From the human T2T-CHM13v2.0 reference genome, Homo sapiens, in the NCBI RefSeq assembly GCF_009914755.1, contig NC_060935.1: DNA of 64,000 nt, one strand, 5' to 3'. Below the pieces are notes generated by a model. It made no database searches. It saw only the letters and a program-made list of their open reading frames with translations, and was not told where the DNA came from. Shown piece after piece: positions 1-12,960 of the stretch. The position numbers and the translations under genes are program-made. Position 1 is the stretch's first letter. Every line of letters starts with the position of its first letter.

Positions 1-470
1 GCAGCAATATTCAGAGTAGTCAAATGATAGCGGTAATTTAAGCGTCCATCAATAACAGATAAATGGATAAAATATGGTATATGCATACAATGGAATATTG
101 CTTAGCCTTAAAAAGGAATAAAATTCTGATACATACCACAAAATAAATGAACCTTGCAAACATGCTAAGTGAAATAAACCAGACACGAAAGGACAAATAT
201 TGTATGAGTTCACTTTTATGAGGTACTGAGAAACATCAAATTTATAGAGACAGAAAGTAGAACAGTGGTCACCAAGGACTGGGGAGGAGGGGGAATGGGG
301 CATTACCATTTAATGGGTACAGGCTTCAGTCCGGGAAGATGAGAACATCCTGGAGATGGATGGTGGTGATGGTTACACAACAATGTGAATGTACTTAATG
401 GCACTGAACTGTACACTTAAAAAATGGTTAAAATGATCAATTTTATGTATATTTTACCATGATAAAAAAA
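1..470 (+). mobile_element. L1 3' end fragment (L1MB-like)
   Basis: Typical L1M 3' motifs (ATGCTAAGTGAAATAAACCAGACAC, GGATGGTGGTGATGGTTACACAACAATGTGAATGTACTTAAT) ending in an A-rich tail. Confidence 0.8.
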
Positions 471-3275
471 GATTCAACTGTAAACTTTTAACTTTATTAA
501 TCTTCTCAATATTTAATACAGATATTATAAATTACTCATATTTGACTGGTCAGTTGGGTCTAAAATGAGTCTTCCTAGGTTAGAAAAACTTTTCAAATTA
601 GAGACTCTTTTAGGATAACTTTATTAACTGGTGTTTAAAATTTGGCCTATGAAATGAAAATTAAGTAATTTATCAGAAAACAAGCATACCGAAACGTATA
701 CTGAGTATTCATTCATATTCCCTGTCAGTTACTAATTTTCCTGCTTATTGATCTTCCTTTTATTGTGTAAGTTTCCTTCATCTCAAAACTGTTTTTATGA
801 AAATAGCTAAAATTTAAAAGTAAATAATTAGGTAAATGCAATGATAGCATAGAGAATTCAAATGCTAGACTTGAATTTCATAGACTTTTCAATATATATA
901 AAAGGAAAGTGAGGGAGGAGATAGATATTCCCTTATGATTCTGAAAAACACGATTCGTAAGTCTAAAACAATATAAAACATCATATTTAAGTTGAAAAAA
1001 ATAAAAGGGATATCATAGCATATATTGTAATACAGTGCAAGAAGAATTTCATATAATAAATCCATGTTTTATCAAAAGAAACTTTTCCAAAAATAGTCAC
1101 ATAAATAATCTCAGAAATTCTGATCGCATATTACCACTAGGAAGATGGACATTTGGCTATACTGATTTAGTAAGTAAAAAACTAAAACCAGTATCACTAT
1201 TTTTAGGAGCAAACTAAATGGCATGCATAAATATAAAAATGAATCCAAATATTTAAAATAATGATTAAATAAAAGTGAAGAACAATTAGAATAGGGTGGT
1301 AAAAATAAGTTGCACTGATAGAAGCAACTAGCTAGCTACAAACATGGAGGAATCTGGGCATACAAATAACAGGAATCAACAATATGGCATTGCCATTTTA
1401 AAAGAAATGATATTGTAATAGATAAATGCAAATGATCTAAGGCTAAGATAAGTTAATATTTGAAGTCCCCTATATAGGCCAAAACAAAGGGTCACAATCA
1501 TCCTAATCTTGCTTCTAAGTCCTTGAATATAGCCAGCTCTTAATAAAAATGTATTGGCTAAATGACGACCATTAAATAAGAACCCGGAGCCATCAAGTAG
1601 TTAGGGATCTCCACAGCCAAAACATAAACCTGAATGCAAAGGATGTGTCATGGGGTATCACCTTAGTCAAGATCTTTCATGTAAAAATTGTGTAGGAAAT
1701 ACTTCAACTCCTAAAGTAGTCCATATAACCCCAAATCAGAAAACTCTTGTATCACAGAGGTTAAGGGAAATCAAAGTATTGATGAAATAAATGGCAATTT
1801 TAACAGATAAATGTAAATCTGAGTGTCTACTACCCAAATGGAAAGTAGCTGAACCATACAGCCATGATCTTTCCACAGAGAAAATGGTAGTTCTTATATC
1901 TTGATACATGGACATAGTAAGAAGTAGGTCTACTAAGGAAAAATTGGGAGTTAAAATTATTTAACTGGAAAAGCTAAGGATAAGAATGTGTTAATCTTTA
2001 ACATATGGAACATGATTGTGAGCCAGCTTTTCCTAGTTACTACCGTAGACTGTGGGGGGTCAGGCTGCCTGAATATTTCATAAAGTTATCAAACACATTT
2101 GCAGAATCCAAAGAGCTTTTGTATGAGCTAGAATACTGTCATTCCATCTGACAGACCACATTAGAATATTTGATAGGTTAAAAAAATGGAAGTGGTACAA
2201 ACTAAGAAAATGCTAAAGTTCTGTTCATTTAGAACAGACTTAAGAGAGGAACCTAACAGTACAGCTCCACACTGAACTGTTTTCTCTTATTCTTACTAAT
2301 GGTATCTAAGCTTTGGTTTACTCATTAGTTCAGTATGTTAATGCTAAAGTTAGTAATCCCTTAGACTTTAGTTTCCAGCTTTAACTTTTAAGACTAATTG
2401 TTTTTATTGTGCATATGTAAAATGGGATGCCTGTGAATTTAAAAAATTATTTTCATTTCTAAAAACATTAATAATCAACACGGTGATCAATACTGGGACA
2501 GAATACAGTGGGATTTTAAAAAAAAACACAATAATATTGAAACACTTCTAATGATAAGAGTGACTTCCAATAAAATCTAACATAACTTTATAAGGGGCCA
2601 TTCCAGTTCTTAAAACTCTAATTAGACATAAAGCAAAATATTATTTAAAATTCCATTTTCTGACAGGATCAGAGTAAAAAAATCACTATGTGTCCTTGAG
2701 AACAGAAATAATAAAGTGACAGTTAAATATTACTATCAACAAAAAAATCTAGCTTTTACTATTTTTATAGATTTATCACTTATTTAAGTTAAAAATTAGT
2801 AAGAAGACTTGAAAAAGGCAATTTCTAGATTTATAGTAACTGTTCTATAATACAGCTTCAAAATAAGAACATGTACTTACATAAATATACTTAGCATACA
2901 GTTCTTTAAAGAATGTTGAAATGTTAATAGTGAGATCAATCAATGACAAGAAACTGTATCTTCCTCAGGAAAAAGAAACTAACCACTATACAATAAAGGC
3001 AATGACTGGAAACCCTAAATTACGTTTTGTTGTCAACAAAGTCAATTTAATTTAATAATTTAACTTTTCCACAGAATTAATCACTATTACTTCCATACCA
3101 AAGAGGTATCGGGGAAAGAGTAGATCTATGAGGATTTAAAATTATTTCCTATCTACTTCTTACTTTTAAGTTGTGGTGATTCATGGCTGTGATAAAGATT
3201 GTAATTTTCAAGAAACATACAAAAAATCCATGTTAAATAACAACAGTGGACCTTGAAGGCATGAGCTTTTGTCAC

Positions 3276-3281
3276 TTTATT
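3276..3281 (-). terminator. Polyadenylation signal AATAAA
   Basis: tttatt on + strand. GU/U-rich downstream element (CTGTTGTTATTT, TTTTTTGTATGTTT) follows on the minus strand; cleavage expected near 3260. Confidence 0.8.
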
Positions 3282-4365
3282 GTTAACCAATGAATATTAT
3301 CCAAAATTAGAGATGTAATTGTAACTTAATTGTACAACACAAAATTATGCTAATGGTAAAAGCCTACTGGGATTTACCAAATACTCATTAGTGTATTTTT
3401 ACATTGACTATATGAACATGTGCTCGCGACTGCTAATAAGTTATAATTGGTTTAATCTCTAAGAAATCCATATTGCAAATGGTTCTTGTTTAGAAAAATT
3501 CACACAGCCTTAAAAATGGATTAAATCCATTTTAATCCTAATCTACAAATAGATCATAAACAGCAAAATATAACTGATAATTTTTCAATACTGTATCAAA
3601 CTGATGTAGCTATGGTAGTGCACATAATTCAAAATGAGGAAAATTAACAAAAATCCAATGAAAGTTCAGGTTTTTATCTATTATGCAATTGCTTTAAAGT
3701 GAACATTTATGTCTCAAAACATGAATAGTAGGGTCCACCATCCATTCCTTTGATGTACTGCAAGTAGGAATATTCTCTTCCATAGGATTCTGAAGCATGT
3801 GCACAACCATGGTACAACAGTCACTTCAAGGTTAACCAGCTATGTTTTGTCCTACAAAGTTCAAAAAATATATTAAACGCAACCTTTCTTTTACATAATG
3901 TCTGCCCAGATTAATCCTTTTAAAGTCAGCAAAATCAAAAAAGCACAAGAGATATTTTCAGACACAACTTGAATCTACTGTGCATGAAAATGTTTAATAA
4001 AATGGCAATTTTAATAGATAAATGTAAATTTGACTGTGTAATACCAAATGGAAAGTAGCTGAACCACACAGAGAAAACAAGGCTTTACGTATCTCCAAAT
4101 TTAGCTGTTTTACAATAAACAAAGTATTAGAACATGTGAATATTAGAACCTCCTTCTAACTGGAAAGATTTCTTCAGTAAGCTATAACCGAAATTAATAT
4201 AAACTAAAATTATAATTTCTAAAATAAGAATTAACAAACCAAATTTAAGTATTTTTAGTCAGAGATTGAAACAAAATAAGCACAGTGATCTAGAAACCAA
4301 ATATACTGATTATGTAACTATCGTATCAAGGTACAGACATTCTTCACATGCTACAAGGTTAGCAT

Positions 4366-4388
4366 TTCTCTCTCTCATACACACACAG

Positions 4389-4432
<44 letters not shown>

Positions 4433-4456
4433 CTCTCTCTCATTCTCTCTCTCTCT
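4366..4456. repeat. Compound microsatellite (TC)n-(AC)19-(TC)n in 3' UTR
   Basis: Pure AC run 4392-4430 flanked by TC runs. Confidence 0.95.
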
Positions 4457-5687
4457 TGCTCAGCCATACAACACCCCTCCAGGATGATAGTATACCAGTG
4501 AGGAGCTTACAATTTTAATACAAATCAGAATCCCACAGTTTGACTCGACAAAAAGGCAGTTAAAAATTTAGCACTCTTAAGATATTCTGAAGGAAAATGA
4601 AATTTCGAAAGTATTTCTTGATGATCGAGGCTATGGTTATGAATTATAAAACATATACCTTACACACTCCATTGTGTTTGAACAACCAGTCATCACAGAT
4701 GTAGTAGTGAGGTAGTATTGTTGTCCCCTCCTCGGGACTGATGTTTTTATATGCTGCCCTTCCAGAAAGGTCCAGGTTTTAAAAAATAACATTAGTTACC
4801 AACAAATGTATATTTTCTTTTTTTAACTAATCATTTGTTTTTCTAAATCAGTCTATAAAAGAACAAAACTTTTAAAATCTTGCAGAGGCTGTTTCATCAG
4901 TAAACTCTCCTAGGGAGCTACTACTGCTGTCTAAACCTCTGTGAAATGGTAGGCAAAAAAAGCCATCAAAGGATCACAGGAGATAAAACACCAATCAGTG
5001 TAAGCTGTTAAAGATGACTGTGATTAAATAACCAAATATCAAATATCCAATAAGGTAATTAAATTTAGATTAAAAAAAAACTAAGCACCAGCTGTACATA
5101 CATTATTAAATGTTCTAATCTCTTTCCTGATTCATAGCCATATTCTACATGATGATCAAAGACTGTCCACTGTGCTACCTACCATCATTTTAAACACTGC
5201 CTGATCTGTATGATGGTGGAATTATGGCTATGGACATGGCAGATAAGAGAAGGGCACACTGAGAAAATGTGAGTGAGAGAGAATGTGGAAATAGGTTAAA
5301 TATGGAAAGGGCAAGGGAAACCCATTAAAATGTTCACCATTATCCTTTAAAATGTACACAGAACTGAAACCACACATACACATTTGTCAGACGTGATAAT
5401 TAGTGTTAATCTTCAACAGAAAAAAAAAAGAAAAAGAAAAAAAATGTGAAAAGAGGCAATGGAACACCATTCTCCATTCCCTGGACCAAAAGAAAAAAGA
5501 AAACCAAGCATGATATCATACTGCCTTAATGTTGAAGAGCTCCCCTTAAATTTGTCTTTTAGCTAGCACAGTCAAACTGGTGTAAGTGCTTTGGCAAGGT
5601 GGGATGCATTCCATCATATCTGCAAAGGCCTGCTTTTCTCTGTTGGTGGTTCAGCTTATGAAGAACATATATGCAAAATAACAGCTC

Positions 5688-5852
5688 TCACATTGCTTCA
5701 AACTCATCGATACGCTGCTTTGTATTGCCTTGTCGAATCTGTCGCAGAGTCTTGTACTTATCACGGCCTGCTTTAACATTCTCAGCATGAAGAACATCAT
5801 TTTGTGTTTTCTTGGTTTCATCTCTGGCTTGGGCTAATTCTGAACTTAATGC
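5688..5852 (-). CDS. RDX: RDX exon 14 coding part, aa 530-583 + stop (C-ERMAD, F-actin binding; regulatory Thr564 codon at 5750-5748)
   Basis: aaatag|[57 protein letters not shown], 165 nt. Confidence 0.98.
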
Positions 5853-6413
5853 CTATTTAAAAAATAAAAAGTACAACTATTATTTTTTTCTTAGATTTAA
5901 AAAAATTTATGAAAATGGCTTTAAGATGCAAAAATACATATACCAAATCATTTCCACTGTGAAACCTTTTTCTTTAGGTATAAGTTTGTTTTAGTAATAG
6001 TGGTGGCAGTGGTAAGGGAGGAATACACATGGCCTTTCCACATTTATCAACCATGGTATTTTGTACATTATTCTAAATTTCCTTAACTTTCTAATCTAAT
6101 ACTTGAAATGGCTAAAAAGTTCAATGTAGCCATTACAGACTAATATTACTATGAGATTTAAAATCTATACCTCAAGGGAAGCCTTCTCCAAAAGTCTTAA
6201 TACATTTATTGTAACTATCACCTCATTTTCTTTTAATATTTAAAGATTTTAACAATTAAAATATTAGATAACTTATTGGGAAAAAAGAAAGCTCATAATA
6301 TTAAAATCCTCTACTTTGACCTAGTTATGTCCATGTAATATACTGACCTTTTGCCAATATAAAATCTCAACAAATAATTAAGATTATGTAATGTCTTAAA
6401 CATAGTATATTAA

Positions 6414-6761
<348 letters not shown>

Positions 6762-7055
6762 TAAATTCACGTTTTTCAACATGACATTAGAATACTTTCT
6801 ACCTTTTAAAATGGGTCAAGCTGTAATTAAATAACTCACTAGTTAAGGTCTGATTATACAAAGCTAACAGGTATTTGCTAATGGGTTCACACAACGGAAG
6901 AAATGAAATAACATGACTATAGGCCAAACACCCACAAACCAATCACAAGGGCAGCCAGTATTAAAACTTCTATATTCTTTTTAACTAAGTTTGTCTAAGA
7001 TGGGGAAAATGCAAACTATATTTCAAATGCACATACAACTGCAAATTTTAAATAC

Positions 7056-7298
7056 CTGAAGTTGCTTCTTAACACGCTCATTTTTCTGTGTTTCGGTTAC
7101 ACGTTCTTCCTCGCTTCTATGGTTCATTACCCCTTCATTTGATAATTCAGCACTAGCTTCAGCATTATTCTCATCGTGTTCATCATGTTCGTTTTCTGTT
7201 GGAGGAATGACTGGTGGTGGTGGAGGTGGAGGGGGGGCAGACATCACAGTTTTTAACTCTTCTTTGGTCTTTTCCAAGTCTTCCTGGGCTGCAAAAGC
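7056..7298 (-). CDS. RDX: RDX exon 13, aa 449-529 (polyproline linker)
   Basis: gttcag|[33 protein letters not shown]...VKKQLQ|gtattt, 243 nt. Confidence 0.98.
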
Positions 7299-7829
7299 CT
7301 GAACATTAAAAATACGTTTATGAGCAACTTACTTCAAAAATTAATAATCAAAACAATCAAGTTATACTCCCTTTTTAATAGAAACTGTATTTCAAGGTAA
7401 TGAAAATAGGCCCTATTTATGAAACCTCTATTTTCATAAAAGAATGTCAACAGGTAAAAGAGAAAATCAAAAACATTATTATGCAAACCCTATTAGAATT
7501 ACTCTGTGAGCTTCAAAGTGACAGATTAAAAGAAAAACAAGCATACATGCAAAAAAAGAACTATTAATTCTGGCAAGGATTATCAATTGTTTGCTAAAAC
7601 TGTTGTGCAAATAGTTGATGAGAAATAGATATTCATATAATGCCTAAGAATCTCACACCCAATAGATTTTATTTGAGCCACAAGGGGAAAATGTAACCGA
7701 ATAACGGAGGAATGAGACTGTCGTTACTCAAATCCAATGATCACTAAAAAATACTAATGGTGAGTTAACTAGATATTAAGTGTCTTCTGATATGATACAA
7801 CCTGAAATATCTAACATCACCAATTATTT

Positions 7830-7955
7830 GGGTGATCATATTATCTTGGTTTACCTGGAAAAGTCCTGTTACACTGTTGTCCTGGTGTAATTATGAACAA
7901 TACCCCCTTTTTCTCAAAAGTACTCCAGTTTAGATGTTCAATTATATGGAAGTCT
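7830..7955. mobile_element. MER94-like hAT-Blackjack MITE
   Basis: GGGTGATCATA end and internal GTTGTCCTGGTGTAATTAT/CCCCCTTT resemble the recalled MER94 consensus. Confidence 0.6.
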
Positions 7956-8889
7956 CACCTTTGATGCACTGTAGTCAAAACATTTAATTTGAATTCCCCA
8001 GGTTCTAGATCTAACTTCTGGTTCAAAGGAAATACTGGAGTTAAAGGATAAGGTCAATGACACAAGGAAGTAACTAAACAAATATAGGAGGTGAGACATT
8101 CTGTAGGTCCCTTCAATAAATCAAAATAATAAAAAGAGAAACTGCCCTCCATTAAAAGAGACTTACAGCAAATACAGACAATGCAAAGTCCTCTGAACAC
8201 TTGTCTGGCAAATTAGCTATGAGACTTTTTGGGAAATTCTTAATATAGTCTAATATTCTGAGATGAAAATTGACTAAAATGAAATAGTACATACAGTAAG
8301 ATTTCATGTTGAATATATAAACAGGAAGTATCCTGGAAGAATATGTACTAAGGTTTTGCAGTATTTCCCCTAGTTTATGGGAATACAATTGTCTTTTGTG
8401 TGCATTTTCTAATTTTCTATAATTCACAGACTTGATATCTGTAATATGCTAATTTTTTAAAGTTTATGTGTCTCTAAATTTCATAAATCATCCCTAAAAG
8501 GGATCTAAAAAATTCTAATAAACAAGTAGAGTAACTGGGAAATTAACAGTAGCATTCCTTTTGTAGTTTTATTTATATATAACTAATTTTCAATACATAT
8601 AAAATTACCCAATGAAATTTAAACTGCTACAAAGATTTACTTAAGAGTGCAAGAAAACTGTTTTCTGTATAAGTACATTTTATTGTAGAAAAATCATCTT
8701 CTAAAACTAAATATCATCTTTGGGGGTAAAAAAATTATCTTTTCAGTTAAGAGTTAATGTTGTTTGAATTAAACTCTCATTATCTTATATTCCCCCACTC
8801 TCCAACCAAAGCCTGATTTTACAATTGTGTGCTACTTTAGACAACAGTGGTTTCATCTACTTAGGACTCATATTAGAAATCTCGGTGTC

Positions 8890-9175
<286 letters not shown>

Positions 9176-9917
9176 TTCAACTTCATATCCAATCACTGGT
9201 TCCCATGCCTTTTTGTGACCACAAAATGTCTCTTATATCTTCCCATTCCTCTTTATTCTCATTTTCACATCCTCAGTTTGGGTCTTTATCTCTTAAGTAT
9301 CCACTATCCCAATCCTTTCTTCACACTGATCACTACATGGTTTTTATAAAATCATATCTGATCATGTTACAATCCTGTTTTGAAATCTTCTAAGCCCCAA
9401 GTCAATCGATACTCCCACTGCCTTGCTGTAGCAGAGCATTTATTTAAAGCCTTTCACAATTCCCTATTATCAAACTTGAGGGCCACATCTCCTAACATTT
9501 CTGAACAACACTAAGCCTCGGCTGCTTATTGGTTATCCTCAAATCTATTATATACATTCATACTTCCTATACTCATTCAGTTCCCTCTGTCTAGAATGAC
9601 TACTTCTTCAGTCTCTAACTATTCCCAATTTTACATCCCAATCTTTTGTACCCCCAAAATTTAATTCATTATTCAAGACCCAGCTTAAATGTATATGGGT
9701 CTCCCGACAACTCTCTGGTCCCCCAGAAATTAATCACCTCTTCTGTGTTCCCAAAGTACTTGGTTTATATCTGTAGATAGATATTTACAATACACATAAC
9801 ACGAGTATCTTTCCCACTCTAAATTATGACAGTATCTTATACTTATCACTACAAAGTCAGCATAATCCTGGGTATAAAAGCTATTCAATAAAAGCTAGTA
9901 AATGAATAAATGATTAC

Positions 9918-10010
9918 TTTGTGTTGCCACTCAGTAGCTTCCTCTTCCTTTTTCTTCTTGGCTTCCTCTAGAAGTGCAATCTTGGCAGTGAATTCAGCAA
10001 GTTCTGCTGC
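9918..10010 (-). CDS. RDX: RDX exon 12, aa 418-448
   Basis: ctttag|[31 protein letters not shown]|gtaatc, 93 nt. Confidence 0.96.
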
Positions 10011-10410
10011 CTAAAGTAAACAATATAATTCCAAAATTAAAATAACATATTTTGAATAATCTTATAAGTCAACAAAGTTTTAATGCACATGCTTAGGCTG
10101 TTTATGTTTTTCTTAGCCTTCCATTTAAAAAAATACAGTATTTCTTAAGATCTTAAATAGCTTATTTACAATAAGTCCTTTAGGTAATGAGCTAAGGAGA
10201 CAAAATTAAAAAATTACTATTATTCTACAGACTAGTTAATCCTGCTTTCAGTAGCAGGAACTTAAAATGTGTAACTTAAAAGCTTTTTTAAAAAATTTCC
10301 ATCAATAAACTATTTGTTAAAGTCCACAAAAGATAAAATATTTATCTAATGCTATATACTTTAAATGGCACTTTGTCAAATCATCTCATTTAATACCCCA
10401 ATAATCCTAA

Positions 10411-10766
<356 letters not shown>

Positions 10767-10914
10767 TGAGGCTCAGAAAGACCCAAAGACACATACATAG
10801 CAAGTACATGTGTGAACTAATATTTAAATCCAGGATCTTTTAAGTGACACGCTTACATCTAATTATTTGCAAGTCCACTAAATAAAAAAACCCAACCAAT
10901 TATGGCCTCATAGG

Positions 10915-10991
10915 AACTATAACATATTATATATCTATAATATATTATATAACTATAACATATATCTATATTATATAACTATAACATATTA
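10915..10991. repeat. AT-rich tandem repeat (AACTATAACATAT x3 with TA spacers)
   Basis: Directly visible. Confidence 0.8.
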
Positions 10992-11310
10992 ATTTATCTA
11001 AAGCAAAAGACGCCAACTGACTTATTACCGAACCTGTCCAATGTCAAAGTGAATCAGAACCTTTTGCTGACAGTAGACTCCATTTACAAATAATCTATAG
11101 AAAAATGCCTTATTCTTTTGTATTTTTAGGTTTTTGTTTAGGCAGAAATAAATTTTCTAGGTTTTTGTCTACATTTTGTTATTAAGTTACATGTTATCTT
11201 TGGCTTGCTCTCCAGAAAGCACAAAATGGTTGCTTTTCTTTTTTTCTTTTTTAGAGGGTTCACTCTATGCTTTTATTTAAACTTTTTTCTCTAAGAAGAC
11301 AGTTCCTTAC

Positions 11311-11471
11311 TAGCTGCTCCTGATTCTTCATCTGGTCGGCAGCTTGTTTTGCTATGGCAGACTTTGCCTCTTCAGCAGCTCGACGCTCCTTTTCAAGTCG
11401 TTCTGCTTCTTCTTTTGCTCGTTTTCGTTCTTGATCCAGTTCTAGAGCTTTTCGAGTCTGTTCTTCTAGTT
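11311..11471 (-). CDS. RDX: RDX exon 11, aa 364-417
   Basis: tcatag|[26 protein letters not shown]...MKNQEQL|gtaagg, 161 nt. Confidence 0.97.
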
Positions 11472-11607
11472 CTATGAAATATGTGTATTCCCCCCAACAG
11501 TGATTAATTCCAATCATTCTCATTATCAAAAGAAGCTAAAATAGTAGCAAGAAATCAAATCTGTTCAATTTCTAAAAGTTAGCACACATGTAAATACATA
11601 TATACCT

Positions 11608-11737
11608 CTTTGTTTTCTTGAGACAGGGTCTCGCTCTGTTGCCCAGGCTGAAGTGCAGAAGCTCACTGCAGCCTCGAACTCATGGGCTCGAGCAATCCTC
11701 CCGCCTCAGCCTCCCAAGTAGCTAGGACTACAGGCGC
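11608..11737 (-). mobile_element. Partial Alu/monomer
   Basis: GAGACAGGGTCTCGCTCTGTTGCCCAGGCTG...CTCCCAAGTAGCTAGGACTACAGG. Confidence 0.85.
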
Positions 11738-12459
11738 TATACCTCGTTTCCAACTTGGCAAAAGCCTAATAATTTTTAAAGAGAAATGAAAATCTTCTGC
11801 AATTCAAGTTATGTAAAAAGGCTACAAGCACGTAACTATTTTATTTTTAAAAAATAATCTCTCCATCTGAAGTTTTGACCTCAGTAAACAAATTGCCATG
11901 TTTCAGAAATCTATAATACATTTCAAAACTTCCATTAAGGTTTTACTTATCTAAACTAATAAGTAAATCCAAGAAATTAAGATTGAAAACAGTATTTACT
12001 GACCCCAAAATAGGAATTTTGATGTGATTATATGAATTATTGAAAAATGTGAGTTATTGGTATATATTCATTCCTAAAGCATGAAGATAAGCAATATTGG
12101 GAGATAAATAACATGAATTTTAATCCTTAGGTGCATAGATCACTAAATCAACTCTTTTCTTATTCCAATGAGTTGAACAGGAAAGGAAAATAAATTTTTA
12201 AGAGAGTTTAACAGTACTAACTTTAAATATTATTTTGACAATTATTTAAGCCCTGTGACAGAAGACAATAGAATGCCACCTAGTAAGACAGTACAAGGTC
12301 CTACAAAGAATTATTTTCCCTTACTGTATACTAAGAAAATCTATATGTCATGAAATTTGAAAGCTAACTGTAACTTACAAGCTTTTACTTACTGTTCTTA
12401 ATTTTCTTGGTCTTGATCAGAACTAGTTGAGTAATTGCAGTTAAGACTTGGAAGGTTTT

Positions 12460-12960
12460 AGGCCAGGTGTTGTGGCTCATGCCTGTAATCCCAGCACTTT
12501 GGGTGACTGAGGTGGGTGGATCATTTGAGGTCAGGAGTTTGAGACCAGACTGGCCAACCTGGTGAAATCCCGACTCTACTAAAAATACAAAAATTAGCCA
12601 GGCATGGTGATGGGCGCCTGTAATCTCAGCTACTTGGGGAGGCTGAGGCAGAAGAATCTCTTGAACCCAGGAGGCGGAGGCTGCAGTGAGCCAAGATTGC
12701 ACCACTGCACTCCAGCCTGGGCGACGGAGCAAGACTCTGTCTCAAAAAAAAAAAAAACAAACAAAAAAAACACTTGGAAGGTTTTGAGAGGGTTGGAGAA
12801 GAATGACTCTTTGGTTAGGCTTTGGTTAGGCTCACGCCTGTAATCCCAGCACTTTCGAAGGGAAAGGTGGGAAGACCGCTTGAGGCCAGGAGTTTGAGAC
12901 CAGTCTGGTCAACAGAGTGAGACATCATCTCTTCTTAAAAACTAAAATTAAAAAAAAAAA
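12460..12960 (+). mobile_element. AluS (12460-12770, TSD ACTTGGAAGGTTTT) followed by an Alu monomer (12829-12960)
   Basis: Alu consensus motifs and A tails. Confidence 0.9.

Larger units (their letters stand above)
3260..5687 (-). other. RDX: RDX 3' UTR (~2.4 kb; 3' end approximate)
   Basis: Transposon-free AT-rich sequence from the stop codon to the first canonical AATAAA I could find. Confidence 0.8.

Noticed and set aside
4708-4730. let-7-like sequence as a possible miRNA gene on the + strand
   Set aside because: Match stops after ~16 nt and no complementary arm for a hairpin is visible; better explained as a target site in the minus-strand UTR.
5591-5994. + strand ORFs 5591..5776 and 5812..5994
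   Set aside because: Short antisense shadows of exon 14 with non-ATG (TTG) starts and no recognisable domain.
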